Of a stretch of DNA of 55,248 nt, positions 38,302 through 48,070 are shown piece by piece. Each line of letters opens with the position of its first letter. Position 1 is the stretch's first letter. The stretch is from a virus (lineage: Duplodnaviria > Caudoviricetes): positions 1-55,248 of IMG/VR virus record IMGVR_UViG_3300032083_002429; one strand, written 5' to 3'. The notes under the pieces were generated by a model. It saw only the letters and a program-made list of their open reading frames with translations, made no database searches and was not told where the DNA came from. A program made the translations under genes and the position numbers.

Positions 38302-38908
38302 TAGAATCATATTAACAGACGTAGACGGAGTACTGCTGGAATGGGAACATCATTTCACTAAATGGTTACAACTACGATCGTACTTTGACAAAAACGGAAA
38401 TAGGAATTATCCATATAAGCTATTAGATGCCAAGCATGACGACTACGACATGTCTAAAAGATTTGGAATTAGTAAAGAAACAATAAGCCAAGAGATCAGA
38501 GAGTTCAACAGGAGTGCGTGGATGGGGACACAACGACCTATGTTGGAATCACAGACATGGGTAAAACTGCTACATGCCGAGGGGTGGACCTTCGTACCAA
38601 TAACATCACAGACGTCAGACATACCAGGACAGGCACTACGTAAAAAAAGATTAGGTGAATTATTTGGCGAACATGTTTTCTCAAATTACCATATATTAGG
38701 TACAGGTGCAGACAAAGACAGTGCATTAGCAAACTTCCATGACACCGGGCTGTATTGGGTCGAGGACAAGCCTAAGAACGCACTAGCAGGGCTGTCTTAC
38801 GGTTTAAAGCCTATATTAATTGACCATCCATACAACAGAGATTTTAATCACCCTGACATCATACGTGTAAACAATTGGAAACAAATACACGAGATGTTAT
38901 CTAGATAA
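38285..38908 (+). CDS. HAD-family 5'(3')-nucleotidase-like protein
   Basis: ILTDVDGVLL, WVEDKPKN, HPYN, VNNW. Confidence 0.8.
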   Translation: MPILASRIILTDVDGVLLEWEHHFTKWLQLRSYFDKNGNRNYPYKLLDAKHDDYDMSKRFGISKETISQEIREFNRSAWMGTQRPMLESQTWVKLLHAEGWTFVPITSQTSDIPGQALRKKRLGELFGEHVFSNYHILGTGADKDSALANFHDTGLYWVEDKPKNALAGLSYGLKPILIDHPYNRDFNHPDIIRVNNWKQIHEMLSR

Positions 38909-38921
38909 CAAAAGAGTTAGT

Positions 38922-39638
38922 TTAAAGGGTAGCTTCGTTATATTTTAAAAAACAAAGTTCAACACATTCCCCATTGGTTTTTCTGTTTGTAAATACCGTG
39001 AAACCTATTTTTTGATAACGTTCTACTATTGAATCTAATTTTAAAAATTGTGCATCATGATCTCCAATATACATTTCACACTCAGCTAAAACTATTTTAG
39101 GAGCTAGACCTAGGTCTAGTATTTCTGTCAGCATCTCATGCCATCGCCCTTCGATGTCTAACTTGATAACATCAACGTCTCGTCCATGCTGTTCAGCTAT
39201 TGTTTTTAAATTTATTGTTTCTACCTCGATTTCGTCATGCGGGTTTTCGGGCCTGTCTAGTTGGTAGCATTTTTTTGAGTCATTGATGGCATAGAATTTT
39301 AGTATTTTTCCGGATTCTTTGTCGTATGCTTTGTTGGTATGCTCGATCCTGTAGCCACCACTGTTGGCACTGTCAACTGTGAGTTGAGATAAAGGTGTTG
39401 GATCCCATGTCAATATCTTTGCAGTTTCGTTATGTTTTCTACAATTTAATTCAAACCTAATTTCTCTCGACACGCCAAAGCACCAATACATGTTGGCCGT
39501 TTCCCTTAACTTGTCGGGTATGCTGTATTGTTTGTGCTTACTCCAGCCTTTGTTATTTGGTTTTTCTTTTGTGTCATTGGCACTAGGAGTCAGAGGAAAT
39601 TTAAGTTCGTACTGTCTACAACGTTCAGAGAGTTTCAT
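38922..39638 (-). CDS. FkbM-like SAM methyltransferase
   Basis: CFGVSREIRFE, WDPTP, DVIKLDIEG; minus-strand TATAAATA at 39646-39653. Confidence 0.7.
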   Translation of the reverse strand: MKLSERCRQYELKFPLTPSANDTKEKPNNKGWSKHKQYSIPDKLRETANMYWCFGVSREIRFELNCRKHNETAKILTWDPTPLSQLTVDSANSGGYRIEHTNKAYDKESGKILKFYAINDSKKCYQLDRPENPHDEIEVETINLKTIAEQHGRDVDVIKLDIEGRWHEMLTEILDLGLAPKIVLAECEMYIGDHDAQFLKLDSIVERYQKIGFTVFTNRKTNGECVELCFLKYNEATL

Positions 39639-39667
39639 GCAAAGATATTTATAGTGTAAATATCAGT

Positions 39668-40345
39668 ATGAAAATTTATGTAGGGTGGGATCCAAGGGAA
39701 GACATAGCGTACCAGGTTTGTGAACACTCTATCAAGCGTAGAGATGCCGACGCAGAAGTCATTCCACTGAAACAGAATCAGATGCGAGAGCAGGGCATCT
39801 ACACCAGAGAGCTAGACAAGTTAGCCACAACAGAATTCACATTCACGAGATTCTTCGTGCCATACCTTAGCAACTACAAAGGGTGGGCGGTGTTCTGTGA
39901 CTGTGACTTCCTTTGGAAGATCTCTGCAAAGGAACTGGAACAATACTTTGATGATTCCAAAGCAGTGGTCTGTGTACAACATGAGTACACCCCGGAAGAA
40001 GGATCTATCAAGATGGATGCACAAGTACAAACAGCCTATCCCAGGAAGAATTGGAGCAGTATGGTGCTATGGAACTGTGCTCATCCAAAAAACAAATTGT
40101 TGACCCCGGAGTTCCTAAACAAGCAGACTCCAAAGTTCCTACACAGGTTCAGTTGGTTAGAAGATTCGGATATTGGATCACTACCACACGAATACAACTG
40201 GCTAGTAGGTTGGTACGAAGAACCGAAAGATGGTGCACCAAAAATACTACACTACACAGAGGGCGGACCTTGGTTTGACGGGTACAGAGATTGCGAGTAC
40301 TCCGACGATTGGAAGAAAGAAGTCATTAATTTATTTTCAGCATAA
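39668..40345 (+). CDS. GT-A glycosyltransferase (GT8-like)
   Basis: TEFTFTRF, FCDCDFL (DxD), YPRKNWSS, YNWLVG, LHYTEGGPW. Confidence 0.85.
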   Translation: MKIYVGWDPREDIAYQVCEHSIKRRDADAEVIPLKQNQMREQGIYTRELDKLATTEFTFTRFFVPYLSNYKGWAVFCDCDFLWKISAKELEQYFDDSKAVVCVQHEYTPEEGSIKMDAQVQTAYPRKNWSSMVLWNCAHPKNKLLTPEFLNKQTPKFLHRFSWLEDSDIGSLPHEYNWLVGWYEEPKDGAPKILHYTEGGPWFDGYRDCEYSDDWKKEVINLFSA

Positions 40346-40779
40346 TGAACTGGGAAAAACTTAAACAGAATCATTACAACAAAGATCCTGTAGAACACAT
40401 CTATTCGAAAACTATATTTGACATGAAAGAGTACGATGATCTTTACGAGAATCAGAACAATTTGTCACACAAGGTATGGAAGAATTTAAGTGAAAAGTAT
40501 GGCATTGAATTTAATTTTCTCAAAGACATAAGAGATTTTGACAAAGACAAAGATGTAATATGTTTGTGGTTTTTTAAAGATCGAGGGGACCGGACTGCAG
40601 GCGAGTACATAAAAATAGCAGGACACAGTATCACATACTATACAAATACATTTTTAATTACTAAATCAAAAGATATACTGATACGGGAGAAAGGATTCAT
40701 ATACAGGCCAGCACTGCAATTAGATTTACCTAGTAGCACATATGATGAGATATTAGAAAGATTTAATAAAATCGTTTAA
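40345..40779 (+). CDS. Degenerate 2OG-Fe(II) oxygenase-like protein
   Basis: N-terminus DPVEHI..YDDLYE resembles 46500; no HxD motif seen. Confidence 0.5.
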   Translation: MNWEKLKQNHYNKDPVEHIYSKTIFDMKEYDDLYENQNNLSHKVWKNLSEKYGIEFNFLKDIRDFDKDKDVICLWFFKDRGDRTAGEYIKIAGHSITYYTNTFLITKSKDILIREKGFIYRPALQLDLPSSTYDEILERFNKIV

Positions 40780-41490
40780 AACATTAACATCGGTCATTAA
40801 GTGTCTGTCATTGACCTTTGACCAAGTGTAATTGTCCTTCCCGATGATGTTTAAATTTCCCCTTACTGCCCTTCCCGTGTCATCGGATATTTTTTTTGCT
40901 TTAAATTCCACCTTCGGTAAAAAAAGACAACGATTTAATTTCCTAGCAACTTTTTGCGTCCATGTATCAACGTACCAGTGCCAAAAAAACGGTGGTGCCA
41001 GATATCCCACAGTGTTGATCCAGTTTTTGTGAAGTGCAAAGTGTGGGGCTCCGAATGGCTCGTCCTCTATCAATATTGGGTGCTTGCCATTATAATATCT
41101 TTGTTGATTTAGCTGTCTTGTTACTGCTAATCTGTTCCCTCTGCCATCGTTTGGGATCACCATCAATATCTTGTCATCGTATTTGTCAAACTGGTCCACG
41201 ATCTGCTGGTCCCAATTTCTTGTCCTCACTTGCACATCGTCACCCATTAACATCACAATATCGTGTTTGGCTCTCTGGGCCATGAGATTCCAACTGAGAC
41301 AAGTGGATTGATTTGGTCCAACTGTGTAGTGTTTTTCGTCTATAGTATCTCTGTATTGTTCAAGCGTTGGATCATCATCGTTGAGATAGAACAGGAATTC
41401 GGTGTCACTTTTTTGTGTTTCGGAGGCTGTCCGGATCAAATGTTTTGCTAGTTTGGGCCTACCCCTCGATGGACAACAGAATGAGATCAT
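40753..41490 (-). CDS. GT2-like glycosyltransferase
   Basis: ISFCCPSRGRP, LNDDD, MLMGDD, HWYVD. Confidence 0.75.
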   Translation of the reverse strand: MISFCCPSRGRPKLAKHLIRTASETQKSDTEFLFYLNDDDPTLEQYRDTIDEKHYTVGPNQSTCLSWNLMAQRAKHDIVMLMGDDVQVRTRNWDQQIVDQFDKYDDKILMVIPNDGRGNRLAVTRQLNQQRYYNGKHPILIEDEPFGAPHFALHKNWINTVGYLAPPFFWHWYVDTWTQKVARKLNRCLFLPKVEFKAKKISDDTGRAVRGNLNIIGKDNYTWSKVNDRHLMTDVNVLNDFIKSF

Positions 41491-42491
41491 ATCAATTTAT
41501 TCTTCCAAGTCTCTGGGGTCTTGTCATTAATAATTTCCAATGGCAAGTGATATTGGAACTTCTTTGTTCCCCTAGATCTTATGTATTCTGCAGTCTTTTT
41601 AACTGACTGCCGCATGTTAGTCGCTGTGCTGTAACCTAATAGTTCTCTTGCCTTGTCCGATGAACACACTGCTAGTTTAACTTCCTTGGGTCTGTCCTTG
41701 TGGTGTATAGGATCTAAGTTGATTCCTGTTTCATTGGCACAGGCTTCTGCTAATTCATTAATCGTAATTGGTTCCTCGTCCGGTCCTATGTTTATTATCT
41801 CGCCAACGACATTGTCCTGGAATGCCAGTGCGTTCAAACAGTACAAGCAATCATCAATGTAACTGAAACATCTCTGTTGTTTACCATCTCCGTAAATGAT
41901 CGGTTGCTTGCCTTGTAACATCCTGTTCAACATGATAGACATAACGTTTCTAAATGGGTCGTCATACTTCTGTCTTGGTCCTACTATGTTGTGCGGTACA
42001 GCAATAACATACTCTACCCCATGTGTTTCACACAGATTTCTTAATACATCTTCACCGGCTTTCTTTGCAATACCATATGGATCCTGTGGACGACATTCGT
42101 AGTCTTCCTTGTACGGCATTTGATCATGGTGGCCATATCTTGCCATGCTTGAACAATACACAATACGTTTGACTTTGTTTCTTATTGCCGCTGTAATGGT
42201 TGTGACCGATGCTTCAAAAATATTCCTTGTCACCAACACAGGAGAAAACACAGACAGCCCCTCATAGGCAGTAGCGGCAGTGTGATAAACTATGTCACAT
42301 CCTTCCATTGCTTTGGTCATGTTCTCTAGATCACAACAGTCTACTTGGTGGAACTCGACGTCCTGTGGTACGTTGTCCGTGTATCCGCCTATCATGTTAT
42401 CATTACCGGCAACAGTGTGACCCTGTGATAGCATCAAATCTGCTAGGTGTGATCCTAGGAATCCTGCCACGCCTGTAATAAAAATCTTCAT
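41487..42491 (-). CDS. NAD-dependent nucleotide-sugar epimerase/dehydratase
   Basis: ITGVAGFLGSHL, YGIAK (YxxxK), NIVGPRQ, GDGKQQRCFSYIDD; TAAATA 6 nt upstream. Confidence 0.92.
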   Translation of the reverse strand: MKIFITGVAGFLGSHLADLMLSQGHTVAGNDNMIGGYTDNVPQDVEFHQVDCCDLENMTKAMEGCDIVYHTAATAYEGLSVFSPVLVTRNIFEASVTTITAAIRNKVKRIVYCSSMARYGHHDQMPYKEDYECRPQDPYGIAKKAGEDVLRNLCETHGVEYVIAVPHNIVGPRQKYDDPFRNVMSIMLNRMLQGKQPIIYGDGKQQRCFSYIDDCLYCLNALAFQDNVVGEIINIGPDEEPITINELAEACANETGINLDPIHHKDRPKEVKLAVCSSDKARELLGYSTATNMRQSVKKTAEYIRSRGTKKFQYHLPLEIINDKTPETWKNKLI

Positions 42492-42510
42492 TTCGAGTAT
42501 TTAATTTAAG

Positions 42511-43137
42511 TTATGGACGGTGAAAAACTTTGTCTGGCCAGTGCCCCATCAGTAGCTCGAACCCTAATAATCTTATGTGTTTTTCAATTTCAATGTTATT
42601 ACTACCATACTTCTTAGTGTTGTTGTTTAACTCTATCATTAGATACTGTACACTTTCTAATGTCTTTGTTGCACCTTTAAGCACTTCCATTTCGTAGCCT
42701 TCCACGTCTATCTTGATCATATCTACGTCATCTAGTCCAAGGCTATCAACTGTAATCATAGGAATACTGCCTTCACCTACGACCCTTCTACTCTGTGTAA
42801 AATCATCCTGCGATAGTGATATCATTTTTTGTTCTGCTCCAATGGCAAGCTGATGTGTTTCTACATCGTCACCTACATTTTTTACGAGACATTCATAATG
42901 CAGTCCTTCCGGTTCAAAAGCAACCACTCGTCCACAGTACTCATTCATGGCCATGCTCCATGTTCCAACCCATGCACCGATGTCCAATATGTGATTGAAT
43001 TTTTTATTGTGTTTCTTACAATAATCTTGGAACTGTAAGAGACATTTGTTTTGTGTGAAAGGCTTGCCTGCTTTCCAATCAGTGAGATGTATATCATTGC
43101 TGGGTACCCAGAACCCATTTACTTTTTCTATGTTCAT
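42511..43137 (-). CDS. FkbM-family methyltransferase
   Basis: LDIGAWVG, VVAFEP, IKIDVEGYEMEVLKGA. Confidence 0.9.
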   Translation of the reverse strand: MNIEKVNGFWVPSNDIHLTDWKAGKPFTQNKCLLQFQDYCKKHNKKFNHILDIGAWVGTWSMAMNEYCGRVVAFEPEGLHYECLVKNVGDDVETHQLAIGAEQKMISLSQDDFTQSRRVVGEGSIPMITVDSLGLDDVDMIKIDVEGYEMEVLKGATKTLESVQYLMIELNNNTKKYGSNNIEIEKHIRLLGFELLMGHWPDKVFHRP

Positions 43138-43910
43138 AATATCTTTTCAACTAGAGGCATTAACTGTTTGGCCCATGCCTGTTGTCCCGGGACGTTTGGA
43201 TGGTCATCTAACTCGGAAACTACTAGATGATTTTTTAGGCTCCAACCGTGCTGGCACTCATTAAAATTGCCTTGTAATTTATAGTATCTTGTTTGATCAA
43301 CCATAGACAATAATTCTTTACACTCGTAAGTTAATGGATCATCGAATCCATTGTAAAGAGCATTGTACATCAGGTAAGGCACACTATTTGCTTTAAAATA
43401 GTTTTGCATATATAATATTTGCGTAGCTGTCCTAATCTGCCCTTCTTCTTCAATTGCAGGATGATATTCTCTTCGACCTTTGTTGACCCATGGATCAAAT
43501 CGGATTTCCTTGTAAGCAGGGGTTTCTTCCAGACCTACCATTTTCCAAGTGTGCCAATGACTAGCTTCTCTTCGAAGACCTGGTTCTACAGAGGTTGTAA
43601 GTCCTTCGCGACGATTGTAACTTGTTAATCCTACCAGAACAAAGGATTTTTTCAAAGAAGTCTGTAGCAGTTTCCTAACTATTCTCTCGTTACTGCCACC
43701 GTTTTCTGCCACCATCACATACTTTGCATCTAGATGATCCGCAATTATCCTGCCACAGCTTGTAGGGTCATTTATTTTTACGTTGTACTGTTTTTCTAAT
43801 TCTCTTCTCAGTTTCAAATGAACGTAAGCACCAGATCGAAGTCCTGGCATGTAGGCCGGTACTGCGTTTCCAACAGCAAAAGAACAACCAAAGTGGATTA
43901 ATTTTTTCAT
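43134..43910 (-). CDS. SGNH-hydrolase-like protein
   Basis: FGCSF, GGSNERI, DDHPN..GQ. Confidence 0.65.
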   Translation of the reverse strand: MKKLIHFGCSFAVGNAVPAYMPGLRSGAYVHLKLRRELEKQYNVKINDPTSCGRIIADHLDAKYVMVAENGGSNERIVRKLLQTSLKKSFVLVGLTSYNRREGLTTSVEPGLRREASHWHTWKMVGLEETPAYKEIRFDPWVNKGRREYHPAIEEEGQIRTATQILYMQNYFKANSVPYLMYNALYNGFDDPLTYECKELLSMVDQTRYYKLQGNFNECQHGWSLKNHLVVSELDDHPNVPGQQAWAKQLMPLVEKIL

Positions 43911-44722
43911 TATAATATTCCTTTGTCCAATAATATCTCAACTGCTGTGCCATTAGCAAATTCCTCCGGTGTGAACTGCTGATAGGCAAGACTGTATAGC
44001 CATGGTTCTGGGCCTCCGTAGTATGGATTCTCAATGTCAGATAATTCTATGCCGGCAACATCTACAGCAAAACTTTTTTCATGGCAGAACACAGGCACGC
44101 CCTCACACATGGCCTCCACTGCCGCAATTGAACAACTAGTAACCAAGCACCAAGCATCTTTTAGATCCTCAGACAACGGAACTTTTGCTTCGCTAGGGCC
44201 TGACGTTCCTCTTCCACGCGGCTTTTCTCTAATTTTTATTGGTCTGTCTGTGTATCTTTTGATCTGTTCTACAGTATCTTCTGTCCAATTGGGCCGGTCA
44301 AGGTAATCGTTTATTCCTGCCGAACTTGGACACACTAACACATAAGATCCTTGGAAGTTTGGTGCTTTTATCTTCAGGCCAAACTTTTCAAATCTGTCTG
44401 CTTTACACCCTTTAATATAACTTGCATGAATTTTATTTTTTGATATTCGCCAATAATGATTGTCGGGTTTTAGATTGTTGTTGTCAAATCTACCAAAGTA
44501 AGGCGTGTCTGTAAACCAAAACGGATGCTTACGTTTTTCTAACTGCTTGATCATTTGCATGTTGTTGTTCACAAATCCCCAGTACATGGAATTAGCAAGT
44601 GGCTCCGCTGTAACACCGTTGTCTAATATCTTGACCAGATCTGGCCATGAATGTTCTATCCCGTTGAACACTTCCCAGGCCTTGCTTTTCTTATTATTAT
44701 ATGGTGCGTAGATTGTTAGCAT
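43910..44722 (-). CDS. KpsS/KpsC-like capsule-synthesis GT-B protein (paralogue 1)
   Basis: IKIREKP, CLVTSCSIAAVEAMCEGVPVF, W..SLAY.QF. Confidence 0.65.
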   Translation of the reverse strand: MLTIYAPYNNKKSKAWEVFNGIEHSWPDLVKILDNGVTAEPLANSMYWGFVNNNMQMIKQLEKRKHPFWFTDTPYFGRFDNNNLKPDNHYWRISKNKIHASYIKGCKADRFEKFGLKIKAPNFQGSYVLVCPSSAGINDYLDRPNWTEDTVEQIKRYTDRPIKIREKPRGRGTSGPSEAKVPLSEDLKDAWCLVTSCSIAAVEAMCEGVPVFCHEKSFAVDVAGIELSDIENPYYGGPEPWLYSLAYQQFTPEEFANGTAVEILLDKGIL

Positions 44723-45362
44723 CTATAAATTCCTTTAACTGTTTTGCCCACTGTTCGTGGCCTTCTGCTGACGGATGTGGATCGTTAGAACTCACTATTA
44801 AATTTTTGTCTGTGATAAATTCAAAGTGACTTACCGTTGGACTGAAAAATCTGTCCATGTTAATTGCATTTCTAATAACATTAAAGTCTTCTGTGCCGTT
44901 ACCAAAATAATTTGGCAAAGAGTTATACATCACATAAGGTATTCGCCTACGTTCAAAGTAATTCTGTAAATCAAAAACATTATCAAGGAAATTCATAGTA
45001 AGATTGTTTTCTATATCCCAGCCCTTGTTTTTGCGTATAAAACTTACGTTGTCTAATGTCTTCCAGGTTCTCCATGTGAGCTCCGTGCCTGGTATGCGAC
45101 CTTTCTTCCATCCATCGTCTGTTATGTAATCGTTCCTGACAGCACTGGACCAGCCTATCACAGCGAAAACATCTTTGTCTTTGTTCTGTTCACACCAAAC
45201 TTTGGTAGAAAAACTTATCCTAGTATTACCACGGCCTCCCATTGCTATGTTAAACAGTTCTTCATTATAATTTTCCGCTATAATTTTGCTTACGAAAGTA
45301 TCAACCCCATCCTTAGGACGTGGCGTTAGGAAACTACAACCGTTAGAAAATATCTTGGACAT
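44697..45362 (-). CDS. SGNH-hydrolase-like protein
   Basis: NGCSF, NIAMGGRGN, DPHPSAEGH. Confidence 0.65.
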   Translation of the reverse strand: MSKIFSNGCSFLTPRPKDGVDTFVSKIIAENYNEELFNIAMGGRGNTRISFSTKVWCEQNKDKDVFAVIGWSSAVRNDYITDDGWKKGRIPGTELTWRTWKTLDNVSFIRKNKGWDIENNLTMNFLDNVFDLQNYFERRRIPYVMYNSLPNYFGNGTEDFNVIRNAINMDRFFSPTVSHFEFITDKNLIVSSNDPHPSAEGHEQWAKQLKEFIDANNLRTI

Positions 45363-45391
45363 ACAGCTATTTTATAGTATAATTATTATAA

Positions 45392-46480
45392 ATGCAAACG
45401 GTAAAAAATATTACAGACATAAGATACTTCTTGGAAAGATTTGAGACCATAGACCAAGGGTACAATTACCAAGTTGATTATCACGAACAAGCAGAGAGTC
45501 ACTTTTCCTCACTACCAACATTCGTAGCGGAATTTGATAACTGTTTGGTCAACAGTTGTCCAATATTGGTAACGGAGGATCGGCACCTTATAACAAATCA
45601 TGTATGGGGGCTTGTACACAAAAGCAGGCATCAACCACACAAGTCACACAAACTTTGGACCGAATGGGGAGATAATGTTGACCTAAGACTTCCTCCTGTT
45701 ACCAAACAGTTCGATGAAAGAAATAAATTCGTATGGCTACCGATAGACGAAGGTAGTGCAGGAAATCCATGGCATGTATGGATTGACATGATATCTAAAT
45801 TTCGTTTACTTGAAAAGAGATGGAGTACTAATTTCACAAAGTACATCTTTATACTTCCCACCCCAAGTTCGTATTTTGATAAAGTTGCTAAAGAACTGTT
45901 TCCAGAATTAAGATATTTTATTATACCCAAGGATGAAACATGGCGGTTTAAACATTTGATAGTGCCATCATTGAGCAATCATAATGACGGAGTGCTGACA
46001 CCTACTCTGGCTCCATGGTTAAGACACTTCAAGGGATCGTTCGGAATACCAGAAAATCAAAAACCGTTCAGGAAAATATTCATATCACGTGACAAAGCAC
46101 GTAGCAGGAAAGTAAACAATTCCAGTGAACTACTGATTGCTTTAAAAGGTTGGGAGTCAGTAATACTCGAAGACTTACCAATAAGAGAACAGATCAAAAT
46201 ATTCGCTGAAGCGTCACACGTATTAGCAACACACGGTGCAGGGTTGGTAAACATCATGTGGTGCAAAGAAGGGACAAAGATTATTGAGATACAAGATGAA
46301 AAAGCACTACACAAAAAAGTATATCCGTTGTTGTCAAACAACTTGAAGTTAAAACACGAAGTGTATGTTGCAAACACAGTCCAGAAAAATTTAAACGGAG
46401 CCAAACCAATTGGAACAAAAAGATGGCAAATGGTAGATTTTGAAATTAACATTCCTGATTTAATTAGACATCTGGACTGA
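45392..46480 (+). CDS. GT61/DUF563-like glycosyltransferase
   Basis: NPWHVWID, IFISRDKARSRKVNN, EQIKIF..A.HGAGL.N. Confidence 0.85.
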   Translation: MQTVKNITDIRYFLERFETIDQGYNYQVDYHEQAESHFSSLPTFVAEFDNCLVNSCPILVTEDRHLITNHVWGLVHKSRHQPHKSHKLWTEWGDNVDLRLPPVTKQFDERNKFVWLPIDEGSAGNPWHVWIDMISKFRLLEKRWSTNFTKYIFILPTPSSYFDKVAKELFPELRYFIIPKDETWRFKHLIVPSLSNHNDGVLTPTLAPWLRHFKGSFGIPENQKPFRKIFISRDKARSRKVNNSSELLIALKGWESVILEDLPIREQIKIFAEASHVLATHGAGLVNIMWCKEGTKIIEIQDEKALHKKVYPLLSNNLKLKHEVYVANTVQKNLNGAKPIGTKRWQMVDFEINIPDLIRHLD

Positions 46481-46499
46481 TATCATTTATAGTATAACC

Positions 46500-47255
46500 A
46501 TGTATTCATTATTACAGAAAAAATTAACAGTACAGGCAGATCCTTATCCACATGTGGTCATAGAAGATGCCTTACCATGGGATCTGTACGAACAACTAGA
46601 AAGAGAATGGCCGGAGCAACAACTACTGGCTACACAACCGCACGACAACGGAATATGTTACAGGTTAAAAGCAGATAGTATGCTAAGGCCAGGCCTGGTG
46701 TCGGAAACATGGAGAAAATTTACAGAGTATCATACAAGTGTTAAATTCTACAATGAGGTTAAAAATATTTTTAAAGATTATATTACTGATTTACCCAACG
46801 TTGAAAATACTCTAAGTCCTCGTGGTTGGGACAACGGTAATGACATGATAGGAACTGATTGTCAGACAGTCATGCATTCTCCTATTGATTTCAGTTCAAG
46901 GACGCCGCACATCGATAACCCCAGGGAGATATATGCCGGTCTACTTTACATGCCTTATCCCGAAGATGATAGCACGGGTGGGGAATTCCGGATACACAGA
47001 TCGGTTGGTCAGATAAAAAGAGTGAATAAAAACGGTGGTAGGGAAGTGGGAGTTGAAAATCAAGGGAGTATTGTCAAGTCTGTTCCGTACAAGAGGAATA
47101 CATTTGTGATGTTTTGTAATAACTCCAGTAACACGGTGCACAGTGTTTCTAAAAGAGAAAACGCTACCTTACACAGAAGAAGCGTTAATGTTATCGCAGA
47201 GTATAATAGAGTGGCCAAGAAGTCCATGTTTGAGATTGAGGAGTTCAGGAAATGA
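46500..47255 (+). CDS. 2OG-Fe(II) oxygenase
   Basis: PYPHVVIEDAL, HID, GGEF, HSVS, RRSVN; promoter TAGACA-17-TATAGT 6 nt upstream. Confidence 0.8.
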   Translation: MYSLLQKKLTVQADPYPHVVIEDALPWDLYEQLEREWPEQQLLATQPHDNGICYRLKADSMLRPGLVSETWRKFTEYHTSVKFYNEVKNIFKDYITDLPNVENTLSPRGWDNGNDMIGTDCQTVMHSPIDFSSRTPHIDNPREIYAGLLYMPYPEDDSTGGEFRIHRSVGQIKRVNKNGGREVGVENQGSIVKSVPYKRNTFVMFCNNSSNTVHSVSKRENATLHRRSVNVIAEYNRVAKKSMFEIEEFRK

Positions 47256-48070
47256 ATCTAGCAGGCATACACACGACCAAACCACGTACACAGAGATACG
47301 TAGATGCTTTTGTTAAAGGAACCCCAGGGGCATCAAAGATATATCAATTCCGAGATTTGAAAGAACTACCCCCGGAGGATCTAACAATGTACGGTATACT
47401 CGCAGGCTCCGGTGAAATATATAAAAGATGTGAGCAGGAAAAGAAAGATTTCTATTTCATGGATCATGGCTATTTTACAAACGCACATGACAAACCACAC
47501 TGGTTACGTATTACAAAAAATGCACATTGCCAGACCAAACTTACAAATACCAACCCAGATAGATATGAGAAATATTTCAAACGTGAGCTGAAACCATGGC
47601 AAAAGGACGGCAAGAAGATTTTAGTCCTGCCACCAACGAATGCTGTTGCTGGATTCTTTAACGCAACCGGATGGCTAGATGAAACTGTAAAAGTACTGAA
47701 AGAAAATACTGATAGGCCCATTGAGGTCAGAGAAAAACCTTACAATCCCACTATCGCTACGGACCATGTTGGAGCAACAGTAAAAGTGGATGAACCCACA
47801 AACCACCAACCAAGCATCTCCTGGAATGAATATTTTGCTTGTGTGACTTATAACAGCACTACGTTCATTGAAAGTTTTACTAACGGTGTGCCTGTGTTTT
47901 GTGATCCAAATGTCTGTGGTGCAACGCCGATAGCCGGAACAGATTTTACCAAGATAGAAAAACCTAGATATGAGGACAGGGTTGCATTGTTTTCCAATCT
48001 AGCATACAACAACTGGACCATGGAAGAAATGTCCAACGGCACGGCATGGAAGATGCTCAAAGGTTACTAA
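47252..48070 (+). CDS. KpsS/KpsC-like GT-B protein (paralogue 2)
   Basis: MDHGYF, IEVREKP, CVTYNST..ESFTNGVPVF. Confidence 0.65.
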   Translation: MNLAGIHTTKPRTQRYVDAFVKGTPGASKIYQFRDLKELPPEDLTMYGILAGSGEIYKRCEQEKKDFYFMDHGYFTNAHDKPHWLRITKNAHCQTKLTNTNPDRYEKYFKRELKPWQKDGKKILVLPPTNAVAGFFNATGWLDETVKVLKENTDRPIEVREKPYNPTIATDHVGATVKVDEPTNHQPSISWNEYFACVTYNSTTFIESFTNGVPVFCDPNVCGATPIAGTDFTKIEKPRYEDRVALFSNLAYNNWTMEEMSNGTAWKMLKGY

